A stretch of DNA of 64,000 bases from the NCBI GenBank assembly GCA_965223705.1, contig OZ245015.1:1888001-1952000 (forward strand), read 5' to 3'. Positions 36,846 to 46,677 of the stretch are shown here, piece after piece. The stretch's first letter is position 1. Every line of letters starts with the position of its first letter. A program made the translations under genes and the position numbers. The notes below the pieces were generated by a model. The model had not been told where the DNA came from. It was given only the letters and a program-made list of their open reading frames with translations, and did no database searches. Origin of the DNA: Myxococcota bacterium (lineage in GTDB: Bacteria > Myxococcota_A > UBA9160 > UBA6930).

Positions 36846-37576
36846 CCGCGGGCCACGCACTTTCCGCACACGGCCTGACGAAGCGCTTCGGCTCGAAAGA
36901 AGTGGTGCGGGGGCTCAACCTGGCGGTGATGCCCGGCGAAGTGGTCGGCCTCCTGGGCCCGAACGGCGCGGGGAAGACGACGAGCTTCAACATGATTGTC
37001 GGCGGGCTCCGTCCGACCTCCGGCGCCGTTCATCTCGACGGAAAAGACGTGACGCGGCTCCCGATGTATCGGCGTGCGCGCCTCGGCATCGTGTATCTGC
37101 CCCAGGAGGCGTCGGTCTTCCGCCGTTTGTCCGTCGCCGACAACATCAACGCGATTCTCGAGACCGTGCAGCCCGACCGCCGACTCCGGCGCGAGCGGTT
37201 GCGCGATCTGCTGACGGAGCTCGGTCTCCGAGACAAGGCCCGCCAGCGCGCGGAATCCCTTTCTGGAGGCGAGCGACGCCGGGTCGAGATCGCGCGGGCG
37301 CTGGTGCTCGACCCGAAATTCCTGCTTCTCGACGAGCCCTTCACGGGCATCGACCCGATCGCCGTGATCGACATCCAGAAGATCGTCTCCCAGCTGAAAG
37401 AACGAGGGATCGGCGTCGTCATCACGGAACACAAAGTCCGCGAGGCGCTCGAGATCTGCGATCGGGCGTACATCATCAAGGACGGCGCGGTCATTCGGCA
37501 GGGGCGACCCGAAGAAATCGCCGCGGATCCCCAGGTGAGAGAAATCTACCTGGGCCAGAACTTCAGGCTCGGCTAA
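36842..37576 (+). CDS. lptB: LPS export ABC ATPase LptB
   Basis: GLLGPNGAGKTT, YLPQEASVFR, LSGGERRRVEIARAL and LDEPF motifs. Confidence 0.96.
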   Translation: MTAGHALSAHGLTKRFGSKEVVRGLNLAVMPGEVVGLLGPNGAGKTTSFNMIVGGLRPTSGAVHLDGKDVTRLPMYRRARLGIVYLPQEASVFRRLSVADNINAILETVQPDRRLRRERLRDLLTELGLRDKARQRAESLSGGERRRVEIARALVLDPKFLLLDEPFTGIDPIAVIDIQKIVSQLKERGIGVVITEHKVREALEICDRAYIIKDGAVIRQGRPEEIAADPQVREIYLGQNFRLG

Positions 37577-37581
37577 CCGCG

Positions 37582-39042
37582 ATGGCCATCGAGCTCAAGC
37601 AACAACTCAAGCTCTCCCAGCAGCTGGTCATGACGCCGCAGCTGCAGCAGGCGATCAAGCTGCTGCAGTTGTCGCGCCTCGAGCTCGTCAACATGGTCAA
37701 TCAAGAACTCCAGGAGAACCCGGTTCTCGAGGAGGGCATCGAAGCCGACGAAGAGTTGCCGAGCGAGGTGCAGGCCGAGGCGGAAGCTCCCGATGAATCG
37801 CTCTCACAGGCGGCTTCGGAGCCCGGCGAGTCCCGCGAGCCGACCGATCTCGAGAAGATCGCGGACGTCGACTGGCAGAACTACATGGACGCCTTCCCGC
37901 AGACCGGGATGGGTGTCGTCCGCGACGACGACGAGCGGCCTTCGTTCGAAGCCACGCTGACCCGGCGGCCGACGCTTGCCGAGCATCTGGAATGGCAGCT
38001 CCAGATGGCGGGCGTCTGCGAGAAGACCAAGGAAGCGGCCAGCTGGATCATCGGCAACCTCGACGAGCGGGGCTATCTGATGACCAGCCTCGACGAGATC
38101 GCCGAACAGTCCGGGGTTTCGGCGGAGTGGCTGCAGCCCGCTCTGCTGGCGGTGCAGGCCTTCGATCCGGCCGGAGTCGCTGCGCGCGATCTCGCGGAAT
38201 GCCTGACGCTTCAGCTCGACGCGCTGGGCGAGCGAGACCCGCTGGTCCGGGCCCTGGCCGCCGAGCATCTGGACGAGCTCCAGAAGAAGGATTACCGCAA
38301 GATCGCGAAGTTGCGGGATGTCTCTGTCGAGGAAGTCTCGGCGGCGGCGAAGGTCTTGGCGCAGCTCGATCCCCGGCCGGGGCGCCCGTTCGGCGGGGAC
38401 GAGCCGGTCTACATCACACCCGACATCTACGTCTACAAGGTCGGAGACGACTACCACGTCCTACTGAACGAAGACGGGCTCCCGAAGCTCCGCATCAACA
38501 ACGTCTATCGCGGGGTGCTGGCCCGAGAGCGGGGTGAGGTCCCGAAGGAGACCCGCGAGTACGTCCAGGACAAGGTGCGTTCGGCGGTCTGGCTCATCAA
38601 ATCGATCCACCAGCGGCAACGGACGATCTACAAGGTGATGCAGAGCATCATCAAATTTCAGCGCGATTTCTTCGATCGCGGAATCAGCCAGCTCAAGCCG
38701 CTCAATCTGCGCGATATCGCCGAGGATATCGAGATGCACGAGTCCACGGTGAGTCGGGTCACGTCGAACAAATACGCCCACACACCCCAGGGCATCTTCG
38801 AGCTCAAGTACTTTTTCAACTCGAGCATCAGCCGGGTCGACGGAGACGCCATCGCGAGCGAGAGCGTCAAGGAGAAGATCCGGAAGATCATCGCCGCGGA
38901 GGACGGTCGCCGGCCCCTTTCCGATCAGCGAATCTCCGAGATGCTGCGGCGTCTCAACATCGACATCGCACGGCGCACGGTGACAAAATACCGCGAGTCG
39001 ATGAACATATTGTCTTCGACCCGACGCCGACAGGTCGGCTGA
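37582..39042 (+). CDS. rpoN: RNA polymerase sigma-54 factor
   Basis: MTPQLQQAIKLLQL, HESTVSR and the RpoN box ARRTVTKYRE. Confidence 0.97.
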   Translation: MAIELKQQLKLSQQLVMTPQLQQAIKLLQLSRLELVNMVNQELQENPVLEEGIEADEELPSEVQAEAEAPDESLSQAASEPGESREPTDLEKIADVDWQNYMDAFPQTGMGVVRDDDERPSFEATLTRRPTLAEHLEWQLQMAGVCEKTKEAASWIIGNLDERGYLMTSLDEIAEQSGVSAEWLQPALLAVQAFDPAGVAARDLAECLTLQLDALGERDPLVRALAAEHLDELQKKDYRKIAKLRDVSVEEVSAAAKVLAQLDPRPGRPFGGDEPVYITPDIYVYKVGDDYHVLLNEDGLPKLRINNVYRGVLARERGEVPKETREYVQDKVRSAVWLIKSIHQRQRTIYKVMQSIIKFQRDFFDRGISQLKPLNLRDIAEDIEMHESTVSRVTSNKYAHTPQGIFELKYFFNSSISRVDGDAIASESVKEKIRKIIAAEDGRRPLSDQRISEMLRRLNIDIARRTVTKYRESMNILSSTRRRQVG

Positions 39043-39077
39043 GCAGCTGGAGAAGGCCCGCGAATGAAGGCCACGCA

Positions 39078-39539
39078 ATGAAAGTCATGGATATCCTCGT
39101 GCGGGACGCGGTGATCCTCGACATCGAGGCCACCGAGAAAGCGGGCGTCTTGGAAGAGCTTTCCCGCGCACTGTCCCAGGCCGAGGGCTCGCTCGACGCG
39201 GTCCGCCTGTGCCAGGTGTTGGAAGAGCGCGAAGCCCTACAGAGCACGGGCATCGGCGACGGTGTCGCGATTCCCCACGGCAAGATCGCCGGCTTGCCGC
39301 GCTTGATGGCGTCGTTTGCGCGAAGCAAACCAGGTGTCGACTTCGAATCGATCGACGGCCAGCCGACCCAACTGTTTTTTCTCCTAGTGGTCCCAGAGCA
39401 TTCCGGTGGTCAGCACTTGAAAGCGCTGGCTCGCATCTCGCGCTTCTTCCGCGATGCCGCGTTCCGAAAGACGCTTCTCGAGGCGGGGAGCCTCGACGAC
39501 GTCTTCCGGGCCATCGAGGAAGAGGACGCCAAGTTTTAG
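39078..39539 (+). CDS. ptsN: PTS EIIA (Ntr/Fru-type)
   Basis: REALQSTGIGDGVAIPH and HLKALARISR motifs. Confidence 0.93.
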   Translation: MKVMDILVRDAVILDIEATEKAGVLEELSRALSQAEGSLDAVRLCQVLEEREALQSTGIGDGVAIPHGKIAGLPRLMASFARSKPGVDFESIDGQPTQLFFLLVVPEHSGGQHLKALARISRFFRDAAFRKTLLEAGSLDDVFRAIEEEDAKF

Positions 39540-39551
39540 CAGCGACACCCG

Positions 39552-40088
39552 GTGAGCGAACGAACCCACGACGAAAAGATTCACGGTGATCTCGTCGAGG
39601 TTCACGGCGTGGGCATCCTCATCCTCGGCCCGAGTGGGTCCGGCAAGAGCGAAACGGCGCTCGAACTCGTGTCTCGGGGGCAGCGTCTCATCGCAGACGA
39701 TCTCGTGTGTGTCCGTCGCGAAGGTGATTACATCATCGGTCACTCGCCCGAACTCATCCGCCACCATGTCGCAATCCGCGGCTTGGGCATCCTCAACATC
39801 GCCGAGTTGTTTGGCCCGGGATCCGTCCGAGACGAAGCGCGGATCGATCTCGTATGTCGGTTCGAGCCCAGCCAGAGCCCGGATCGCTACGAGCGGCTCG
39901 GGCTTCGCCGCGAAGACGAGTCGATTCTCGGCGTGCCGGTACCGCGGGTGACGCTGCCCGCTCGGGTGATCGCGTCGCCCGCGACCCTTGTCGATGTCGC
40001 GGCGCGCGACCACGCGCATCGCCGCGCCGGAGAAGTCGCCGCCCAGTCGCTCGATCAGCGGGTGCGCCGCCGCCTGGGGCGGCGCTGA
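39552..40088 (+). CDS. hprK: Short HPr kinase/phosphorylase (catalytic domain only)
   Basis: HG.LV...G.GILILGPSGSGKSETALEL, LIADD and IRGLGILNI motifs. Confidence 0.88.
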   Translation: MSERTHDEKIHGDLVEVHGVGILILGPSGSGKSETALELVSRGQRLIADDLVCVRREGDYIIGHSPELIRHHVAIRGLGILNIAELFGPGSVRDEARIDLVCRFEPSQSPDRYERLGLRREDESILGVPVPRVTLPARVIASPATLVDVAARDHAHRRAGEVAAQSLDQRVRRRLGRR

Positions 40089-40954
40089 TGGAGAAGGACG
40101 TCGAGGTCATCTTCGTGAGTGGCCTGTCGGGCAGCGGCAAAACGACGGCGATGGCCGCTCTCGAAGATCTGTCCTTCTACTGTGTCGACAACCTGCCGCC
40201 CGAGCTCGTCGATCAGTTCCTCGAGCTCTGCAGCCTCAAGTCGCCACCGATTCGCAAGATCGCGTTGGCGATCGACGGGCGCGAAGACGCGTTCCTATCC
40301 GGAGTGCCCGACGTCATCGACCGCTTGCGGGCGTCCGGTGCGTCGGTTCGCCTGCTCTGCCTCGACTGCGAAAACGACGCCCTGATCGACCGCTACCGGG
40401 AGACGCGCCGCGTTCACCCGCTGTCGCCGGAGGGTTCCGTGCAGGAGGGCATCGAGCGAGAGCGGCACCTGCTCCTCGAGGTCTTTCGCCGGGCGGATTT
40501 TCTCGTCGACACTTCCCGATTGAACGTGCATCAGCTCCGCGACACGGTGATCCAGTACGTCGCCGGGGGCAGTCGATCGATCGTGGTCAACCTCGTGTCC
40601 TTCGGTTTCCGCTCCGGGCCCCCGCACTCCGCCGAGCTTCTGTTCGACGTGCGTTTTCTGCCGAACCCGCATTTCGAAGCGTCCCTCCGCGACGAGACCG
40701 GCCGCAATCCCGCCGTCGCGGACTACGTCCTCAACAACGACCGCGCCGAGAGCTTCCTCGAGCGCCTCCGGGACTTGTTTCACTTCTTGCTACCGTTGTA
40801 CGAGACCGAGGGAAAAGCGTATTTGACCATCGGCATCGGGTGCACCGGGGGGCAGCACCGCTCGGTCGCCGTGGTGGAGAAGCTGGCGGAGGAGCTCCGC
40901 CTGGAAGGGCGAGAAGTGAACGTCAGCCACCGCGACTCGAGACCCTCCGAGTAG
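40088..40954 (+). CDS. rapZ: RNase adapter RapZ (YvcJ)
   Basis: SGLSGSGKT, CVDNLP, ETRR.HPL, FDVRFLPNP and GCTGGQHRSV motifs. Confidence 0.95.
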   Translation: MEKDVEVIFVSGLSGSGKTTAMAALEDLSFYCVDNLPPELVDQFLELCSLKSPPIRKIALAIDGREDAFLSGVPDVIDRLRASGASVRLLCLDCENDALIDRYRETRRVHPLSPEGSVQEGIERERHLLLEVFRRADFLVDTSRLNVHQLRDTVIQYVAGGSRSIVVNLVSFGFRSGPPHSAELLFDVRFLPNPHFEASLRDETGRNPAVADYVLNNDRAESFLERLRDLFHFLLPLYETEGKAYLTIGIGCTGGQHRSVAVVEKLAEELRLEGREVNVSHRDSRPSE

Positions 40955-41021
40955 GCTGCTGGAGCGGGTCGTCATGCTGAACGAGCGGCGGGTTGAGGGT
41001 CAAGGGGTTGAGGGTTAAGTG

Positions 41022-41456
41022 ATGGGCGAAGCGAACGGGCTCAAAGTCGGTGTCTTGATCGTCGCCCACTACCGGTTGGGCGAGGAGTTCCTCCAAGCCC
41101 TGCGCCTGATTCTGCCCGAGGCAGAAGGCTTCGCGGCCGTGGGCATCCGCCCCGATCAGTCTCTCGACGACATGCGACAAGAGATCCAGGAAGCCCTCCG
41201 GAAAGCCGACTGCGGCGAGGGCGTGCTGATTCTGACCGATATGTTCGGCGGCACGCCGTCGAATATCAGTCTCTCCTTTCACGCGGAGCACCGTGTGGAG
41301 GTCGTCACGGGAATGAATCTGCCGATGCTGATCAAGCTCGCGACGCTCGCAGAAGACAAGAGCCTCGAAGAGCTCGCCGGTTTCATCAAAGACTACGGGC
41401 GGCGGAACATTTCGGTGGCGAGCGAGCTCCTTCCCGCCGGCGAAGAGCCGTCGTGA
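41022..41456 (+). CDS. PTS EIIA mannose-type
   Basis: IVAH, ILTDMFGGTPSN and GMNLPML motifs. Confidence 0.9.
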   Translation: MGEANGLKVGVLIVAHYRLGEEFLQALRLILPEAEGFAAVGIRPDQSLDDMRQEIQEALRKADCGEGVLILTDMFGGTPSNISLSFHAEHRVEVVTGMNLPMLIKLATLAEDKSLEELAGFIKDYGRRNISVASELLPAGEEPS

Positions 41457-41752
41457 GCGACGACTGGGTCGAGATCGTCTGCCGGGTCAACAACGAGCTG
41501 GGCCTCCACGCACGGCCCGCGGGCCGGTTGGCGGCGCTGGCTTCGACGTTCGAGGCCGAGATCGAACTCGCCACGCACGATGAGTGGGTGAACGCCCAGA
41601 GCGTCTTGTCGCTTCTGTCCCTCGCTGCGAGCTCCGGCGTCGAGGTGCGCGTCCGCGCTCGAGGAGGCGATGCCGACGAAGCCCTTGCCGCGATCGCCCA
41701 GCTCTTCGACAATCTCGACGGCGACCCCGATACTGCGGGCGCTTCGGCGTAG
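41453..41752 (+). CDS. ptsH: Phosphocarrier HPr
   Basis: GLHARPA (His15) and NAQSVLSLL (Ser46 region). Confidence 0.92.
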   Translation: MSDDWVEIVCRVNNELGLHARPAGRLAALASTFEAEIELATHDEWVNAQSVLSLLSLAASSGVEVRVRARGGDADEALAAIAQLFDNLDGDPDTAGASA

Positions 41753-41829
41753 GCCGATTCTCTGGGATTTCGACGCTCGGGCTCTGCCCTCGGCGCTGGC
41801 CCCAACTAAATAACTGACTTGAGGAATGC

Positions 41830-42990
41830 ATGTCCAACCCGAACGTCTTTACTTCTGAATCGGTCTCGATGGGCCACCCCGACAAGATGTGCGACCAGGT
41901 CTCCGACGCGATCTTGGACGCGATGCTCGCCGAGGATCCGAACTCCCGAGTCGCCTGCGAGACCGCTACGACGACGGGGCTCATCTTGGTCGCTGGAGAG
42001 GTCACGACGGCCGCGCAGGTCGACATCCCGACGACGGTGCGCCAGGTCGTGCACGACATCGGTTACACCGATTCGTCGATGGGTTTCGATGCGGTGACCT
42101 GCGCCGTGACGGTCGCACTCGGCAAGCAGTCCCCCGACATCTCCCAAGGTGTGAGCGAAGGCGAAGGGCTCCATAAAGAGCAGGGCGCCGGCGATCAGGG
42201 AATGATGTTCGGTTACGCCTGTGACGAGACGCCGGAGCTCATGCCGGCGCCGATCCGGCTGTCACACCGATTGATCGAGGCGCATCGCGAGCGGTTCGAA
42301 TCGGGCGAGCTCGAGTATCTGCGTCCCGATGCCAAGTCTCAAGTCACCATCGAATACGACGGCATGAAGCCGAAGCGCGTGAGCGCCGTTGTCCTGTCGA
42401 CGCAGCACAGCCCGGACGTCTCCTACGACCAGCTGCGCAAGGACGTGATCGATCAGATCATCCGCCCGACGCTGCCCGCCGAGCTTCTCGACAGCGACAC
42501 CATCTTTCACATCAACCCGACCGGTCGCTTCGTGGTCGGCGGCCCGATGGGCGACGCGGGTCTGACGGGCCGCAAGATCATCGTCGACACGTACGGCGGC
42601 ATGGGACGTCACGGCGGAGGCGCGTTCTCCGGCAAGGATCCCTCCAAGGTCGACCGGAGCGCGGCTTACGCGGCACGCTGGGTCGCCAAGAACATCGTGC
42701 GCTCCGGGTTGGCTTCGCGTTGCGAAGTGCAGCTCGCCTATGCGATCGGCGTCGCCGAACCCGTTTCGATTCGCGTCGAAAGCTTTGGAACGAGCTCCGT
42801 CGACGAAGCGAAGCTCGCCCAGATCGTCCGCAAGCACTTCGACCTGACGCCGCGCGGGATCATCGATGGCCTGTCGCTCATGCGACCCATCTACCGCGCG
42901 ACGTCCTACCACGGTCACTTCGGCCGCGAAGACCAGGGCTTTCCCTGGGAAGAAACCGACCGCGCCGAGGCGATCGCCCGAGAAGCCTGA
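41830..42990 (+). CDS. metK: S-adenosylmethionine synthetase
   Basis: [33 protein letters not shown] and [16 protein letters not shown] motifs. Confidence 0.98.
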   Translation: MSNPNVFTSESVSMGHPDKMCDQVSDAILDAMLAEDPNSRVACETATTTGLILVAGEVTTAAQVDIPTTVRQVVHDIGYTDSSMGFDAVTCAVTVALGKQSPDISQGVSEGEGLHKEQGAGDQGMMFGYACDETPELMPAPIRLSHRLIEAHRERFESGELEYLRPDAKSQVTIEYDGMKPKRVSAVVLSTQHSPDVSYDQLRKDVIDQIIRPTLPAELLDSDTIFHINPTGRFVVGGPMGDAGLTGRKIIVDTYGGMGRHGGGAFSGKDPSKVDRSAAYAARWVAKNIVRSGLASRCEVQLAYAIGVAEPVSIRVESFGTSSVDEAKLAQIVRKHFDLTPRGIIDGLSLMRPIYRATSYHGHFGREDQGFPWEETDRAEAIAREA

Positions 42991-43016
42991 GCGCGGAAAT
43001 CGGCGCAGCGGCGTTC

Positions 43017-43044
43017 TTGACCCGCGGGACACGGGGGCTATACC
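43017..43044 (+). promoter_or_regulatory. Sigma70-like promoter for yajC-secDF
   Basis: TTGACC-16 nt-TATACC in the metK-yajC intergenic region. Confidence 0.45.
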
Positions 43045-43095
43045 ACCGCTCCCGGGGCCCGTGAAGCGTGGGTCCGGAGGGGGAGGGCCGCGAGC

Positions 43096-43443
43096 GTGTC
43101 ATTCGCATGGCTGGGGTCATTGTCACCCGTTTTGCTGCAGGCGCCGGCCGGGGGGAGTCCGCTCGGCGCGCTCTTCCCGATTGCGGCCATCATGGTCATT
43201 TTCTACCTGCTGATTATCCGCCCCCAGCAGAAGCGCCAGAACGAGCACGAGAAGATGCTCAAGTCGATCGTCAAAGGCGACCGAATCGTCACGTCTGGGG
43301 GGATCCACGGTGAAGTCACCGGTGCTTCGGAAGAGATCCTCACGGTCGAAATCGCCAATATGAAGGGCGAGCGCCTGCGGGTGAAAGTCGACCGCGCACG
43401 CATCGATCGACGCGTGGCGCGCGCGGAGGAAATCGAAGAGTGA
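43096..43443 (+). CDS. yajC: Preprotein translocase subunit YajC
   Basis: IFYLLIIRPQQKR and KGDRIVTSGGIHG motifs. Confidence 0.93.
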   Translation: MSFAWLGSLSPVLLQAPAGGSPLGALFPIAAIMVIFYLLIIRPQQKRQNEHEKMLKSIVKGDRIVTSGGIHGEVTGASEEILTVEIANMKGERLRVKVDRARIDRRVARAEEIEE

Positions 43444-45008
43444 GTCAGCGCTTGCGCCTGGTCTTGGTGGCGGCCCTTATCGCGGTGCTCGGTTATTTCG
43501 CCGCGGCGAACTTCGTGGGGGAAGACGCACGCCAAGGCGATTTTTGGCCGGATTCCGCGATACGACTCGGCCTCGACCTCCGAGGCGGTGTGCACATGGT
43601 GCTCTCCCCGGATCTCGAGATCGCCGTGGGGAACGAGCTCGAACACATCCGAAGCGGCTTGGTCGACGAGCTCGAAGGCGAAGCCGAACTCGCGTCGCGC
43701 GTCGAGGGCGCCCGAGTCATCCTGGAAGCGTCGAGCGAAGCGGGCAGCGACGCTCTCGCGAAAGAACTCGAGGACTACGAGATCGTCCGCGTCGATCGGC
43801 CCGATCCGCAGCGCTTTGAGCTGACCCTCTCCCGCGAGTGGAACGACGAGGTTCGAGAGCGCGCGATGCTCCAGGCGCTCGAGGTCATGCGCCGGCGGAT
43901 CTCCGATCCCGCCACGGGGATCCTGGAGTCGGTCGTCACACGCCAGGGAGACTCGCGCATCCTGGTGCAGATCCCCGGGGTCAGCAAGATCCCCAAGGAG
44001 TTCCTCGAGACCACGGGCTTTCTCGAGTTCAAGATCGTTCGAGACAGCGATTTGAGCGAGGAGCTTCTCCGCGCAAAGTACGAGGACGGCCTGCCCGACG
44101 GCACGGAAATCGGCCTCGAGCTCGATCCCGAATCTCAGGAAGTGACCGCGGCGTACTTGGTGCCGACCGAAGCGGCTCTGACGGGCGCGCTACTCGAAGA
44201 CGCGCGCGTGCAGTTCGACAACCGGCGATCCGAGTGGCAGGTGGCTTTCGCGTGGAATGCCGAGGGTGCGGGGCTCTTCGGCGAGCTCACCGAGGCGAAC
44301 ATCGGAGCTCCGCTGGCGATTATCCTCGACGAGCAGGTCTACAGCGCGCCAATCATCCGCGACCGCATTTCGCGGCAGGGAACCATCTCGGGAAACTTCT
44401 CGTCGGAAGACGCGGCCGCTCTCGCCGTCATCCTGCGGTCCGGAGCGTTGCCGATCCCCGTCATCCTCGAGGAAGAGCGGACCATCGGTCCGGCACTCGG
44501 CGCCGATTCGATCCGTTCGGGTGTCCGCGCGTCGGTGATCGGCATCCTCTTGGTGATGGCGTTTGCCATCGGCTACTACCGGATGTCCGGCGGCTTCGCG
44601 AGCATCGCGTTGGTCGTCAACTTGACGCTCCTCGTCGGGTTGCTCTCGATGTTCGGCGCGACGCTGACCTTGCCCGGGATCGCCGGCCTGGTGCTGACCG
44701 TCGGCATGGCCGTCGACGCGAACGTCATCATCTTCGAACGGATTCGCGAAGAGTTACGCGACGGGAAGGCGGTCCGCGCCGCGATTTCCACCGGTTTCGA
44801 GAAGGCGCGCTGGACGATTCTCGACGCGAATATCACGACGCTCATCACCGCCATCATTCTCTACGAATACGGGACCGGTCCGATCAAGGGCTTCGCCGTG
44901 ACCCTGTCCGTCGGCATTCTCACGAGCGTGTTCTCGGCGCTGATCGTGACCCGCCTCCTCTATTCGTTCTATCCGGGCCAGCGCAACGTCGCTGAGCTGT
45001 CGATCTGA
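43440..45008 (+). CDS. secD: Protein translocase subunit SecD
   Basis: LGLDLRGG, LRSGALP, IGPALG and GMAVDANVIIFERIREE motifs. Confidence 0.96.
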   Translation: MSQRLRLVLVAALIAVLGYFAAANFVGEDARQGDFWPDSAIRLGLDLRGGVHMVLSPDLEIAVGNELEHIRSGLVDELEGEAELASRVEGARVILEASSEAGSDALAKELEDYEIVRVDRPDPQRFELTLSREWNDEVRERAMLQALEVMRRRISDPATGILESVVTRQGDSRILVQIPGVSKIPKEFLETTGFLEFKIVRDSDLSEELLRAKYEDGLPDGTEIGLELDPESQEVTAAYLVPTEAALTGALLEDARVQFDNRRSEWQVAFAWNAEGAGLFGELTEANIGAPLAIILDEQVYSAPIIRDRISRQGTISGNFSSEDAAALAVILRSGALPIPVILEEERTIGPALGADSIRSGVRASVIGILLVMAFAIGYYRMSGGFASIALVVNLTLLVGLLSMFGATLTLPGIAGLVLTVGMAVDANVIIFERIREELRDGKAVRAAISTGFEKARWTILDANITTLITAIILYEYGTGPIKGFAVTLSVGILTSVFSALIVTRLLYSFYPGQRNVAELSI

Positions 45009-45021
45009 GCAGGAGGCTCCG

Positions 45022-46068
45022 TTGCCGTTCCAAATCGTTAAGCCCGGCAGCCACTGGAATTTCCTGGGGAAACGCCGCATTTGCCTGACGATCTCGATCT
45101 CGCTGATCGTCCTGGGCTTGCTGGCGATCCCCGTCCGCGGACTGCGCCTCGGCATCGATTTCGACGGCGGCACCGAGATGCAGCTCCGCTTCGAACCCGG
45201 AAGCGCCATCGACGAGGGCGCGATTCGAGCGGCGGCGGGCGCCGCCGGCGTCGAGAATCCGAGTGTCGTGCGCTACGGCGTCGGAGATCAGAACGATTTC
45301 TTGCTGCGGTTCCGCACGGAACTTCCCGAGGACGCGCTTCCCGACGTGAGCGCGGACGGGGATGACGCCGCGGAAGCAGCGACCGATAGGGCGGATGCTT
45401 CCGCGGAACCTGCGGCCGATACGGCGGACGCCTCCGCGGACAGCGCGGCCGTGGCGCGCCTGGCATTCGTCAAGAGCATCGAGGACGTCATCGCGCGTGA
45501 CGTCGGACCGGTGAGCGTCGAACGCGTCGAATTCGTCGGCCCCAAGGTCGGGCAAGAGTTGCGCAGCGCGGGTCTCAAATCGCTCGGCCTCGCGTGCGTC
45601 CTCATTCTGATCTACATCGCGTTCCGGTTCTCGGCGCGCTTTGCACCCGGTGCGGTGCTCGCCCTCGTCCACGACGTGTTGATCACGTCCGGTCTGTGGG
45701 TGCTCTTCGGCCTCGAGTTCGACTTGCGGGTCCTAGCAGCGCTGCTCGCCATCATCGGTTACAGCCTGAACGACACGATCATCGTGTATGACCGCGTTCG
45801 CGAGAACATGGCGTTGCGAACGACCTACGACCTCGAGGATGTGCTGAACCGGAGCGTCAATCAAACGCTGTCTCGAACGCTCCTCACCTCGATGACAACG
45901 CTGCTGGCACTGCTCTCACTGTACGTGCTCGGCGGCGAGGTGATCCGTCCGTTCGCCCTTGCGATGACCATGGGCATCCTCGTCGGCACGTATTCGTCGG
46001 TCTACGTCGCCGCGCCCGTCCTGCTGTTCCTCGAGTCGCGCTCCGGCGGCCAGAAAGCCGCGGCTTAG
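45022..46068 (+). CDS. secF: Protein translocase subunit SecF
   Basis: GIDFDGG, VGPKVG, GYSLNDTIIVYDRVRE and GTYSS motifs. Confidence 0.95.
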   Translation: MPFQIVKPGSHWNFLGKRRICLTISISLIVLGLLAIPVRGLRLGIDFDGGTEMQLRFEPGSAIDEGAIRAAAGAAGVENPSVVRYGVGDQNDFLLRFRTELPEDALPDVSADGDDAAEAATDRADASAEPAADTADASADSAAVARLAFVKSIEDVIARDVGPVSVERVEFVGPKVGQELRSAGLKSLGLACVLILIYIAFRFSARFAPGAVLALVHDVLITSGLWVLFGLEFDLRVLAALLAIIGYSLNDTIIVYDRVRENMALRTTYDLEDVLNRSVNQTLSRTLLTSMTTLLALLSLYVLGGEVIRPFALAMTMGILVGTYSSVYVAAPVLLFLESRSGGQKAAA

Positions 46069-46070
46069 CC

Positions 46071-46099
46071 CTCAAAGTGCCCGTTCTCGGCGTTTTGAG
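46071..46099. terminator. Hairpin between convergent secF and bactofilin genes
   Basis: 11-bp stem CTCAAAGTGCC/GGCGTTTTGAG (two G:U pairs) with a 7-nt loop. Confidence 0.55.
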
Positions 46100-46102
46100 A
46101 AC

Positions 46103-46648
46103 CTAAGCGGCGTCGACGGCCGCTTTCGGAGTGATCGCCTTCGTCGCCGCCGCCGGCTGATCGCCCATATCGACGGAACCGTTCAGGCGAGCGCCTTCTT
46201 GGATCACGAGACGCGGACCGCGGACATCCCCCTCGACGAGACCCGTGGCCTGGATTTCGACGCGCTCGACGGCGCTGACGTTGCCTGAGACCGTGCCCAC
46301 GACGATGACGGACTTGGCGTGCACATCCGCGCGTACTTTCCCCTCGGCGCCGATCGTCAACTCGTTGTTGGGGAGGTCCACTTTGCCCTCAACTGTGCCC
46401 TCGATCACCAAATCTTCATTGCCGGTGAGGTCGCCCTTAATCGAGATCGACTTACCGATATTCGCCATTCCACCTTCTCCTTCGCGCGGGCGAGCTGTGA
46501 GATCGAGCCGCGACCCTGGTTTCGACTGGGAACTTGCCTTCGGAGCGTCTTCCGAACGCTGCTCCCCGCTACGTGAAGTCACCTGGGCTTCCGACTCGCG
46601 CTGGCGTGTTTCGTCCGGCTCGTGCTGGTTTTTCCCGAAGATGCTCAC
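46103..46648 (-). CDS. Bactofilin (polymer-forming cytoskeletal protein)
   Basis: IGKSISIKGDL...EDLVIEG.VEG...L.I.EGA..NG beta-helix pattern. GGAGG RBS. Confidence 0.92.
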   Translation of the reverse strand: MSIFGKNQHEPDETRQRESEAQVTSRSGEQRSEDAPKASSQSKPGSRLDLTARPREGEGGMANIGKSISIKGDLTGNEDLVIEGTVEGKVDLPNNELTIGAEGKVRADVHAKSVIVVGTVSGNVSAVERVEIQATGLVEGDVRGPRLVIQEGARLNGSVDMGDQPAAATKAITPKAAVDAA

Positions 46649-46677
46649 GAGGACCTCCCTTGTCCCGTCGCCGAAGC

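Noticed and set aside
40990..41018. Short repeat GGGTTGAGGGT twice between rapZ and the EIIA-Man gene
   Set aside because: Too short and low in complexity to assign a function.
41753..41829. Possible SAM riboswitch upstream of metK
   Set aside because: Only weak hairpins and a CTAAA-like tail are present. I could not match a SAM-I, SAM-II, SAM-V or SAM-SAH consensus. An Rfam/Infernal scan would settle it.
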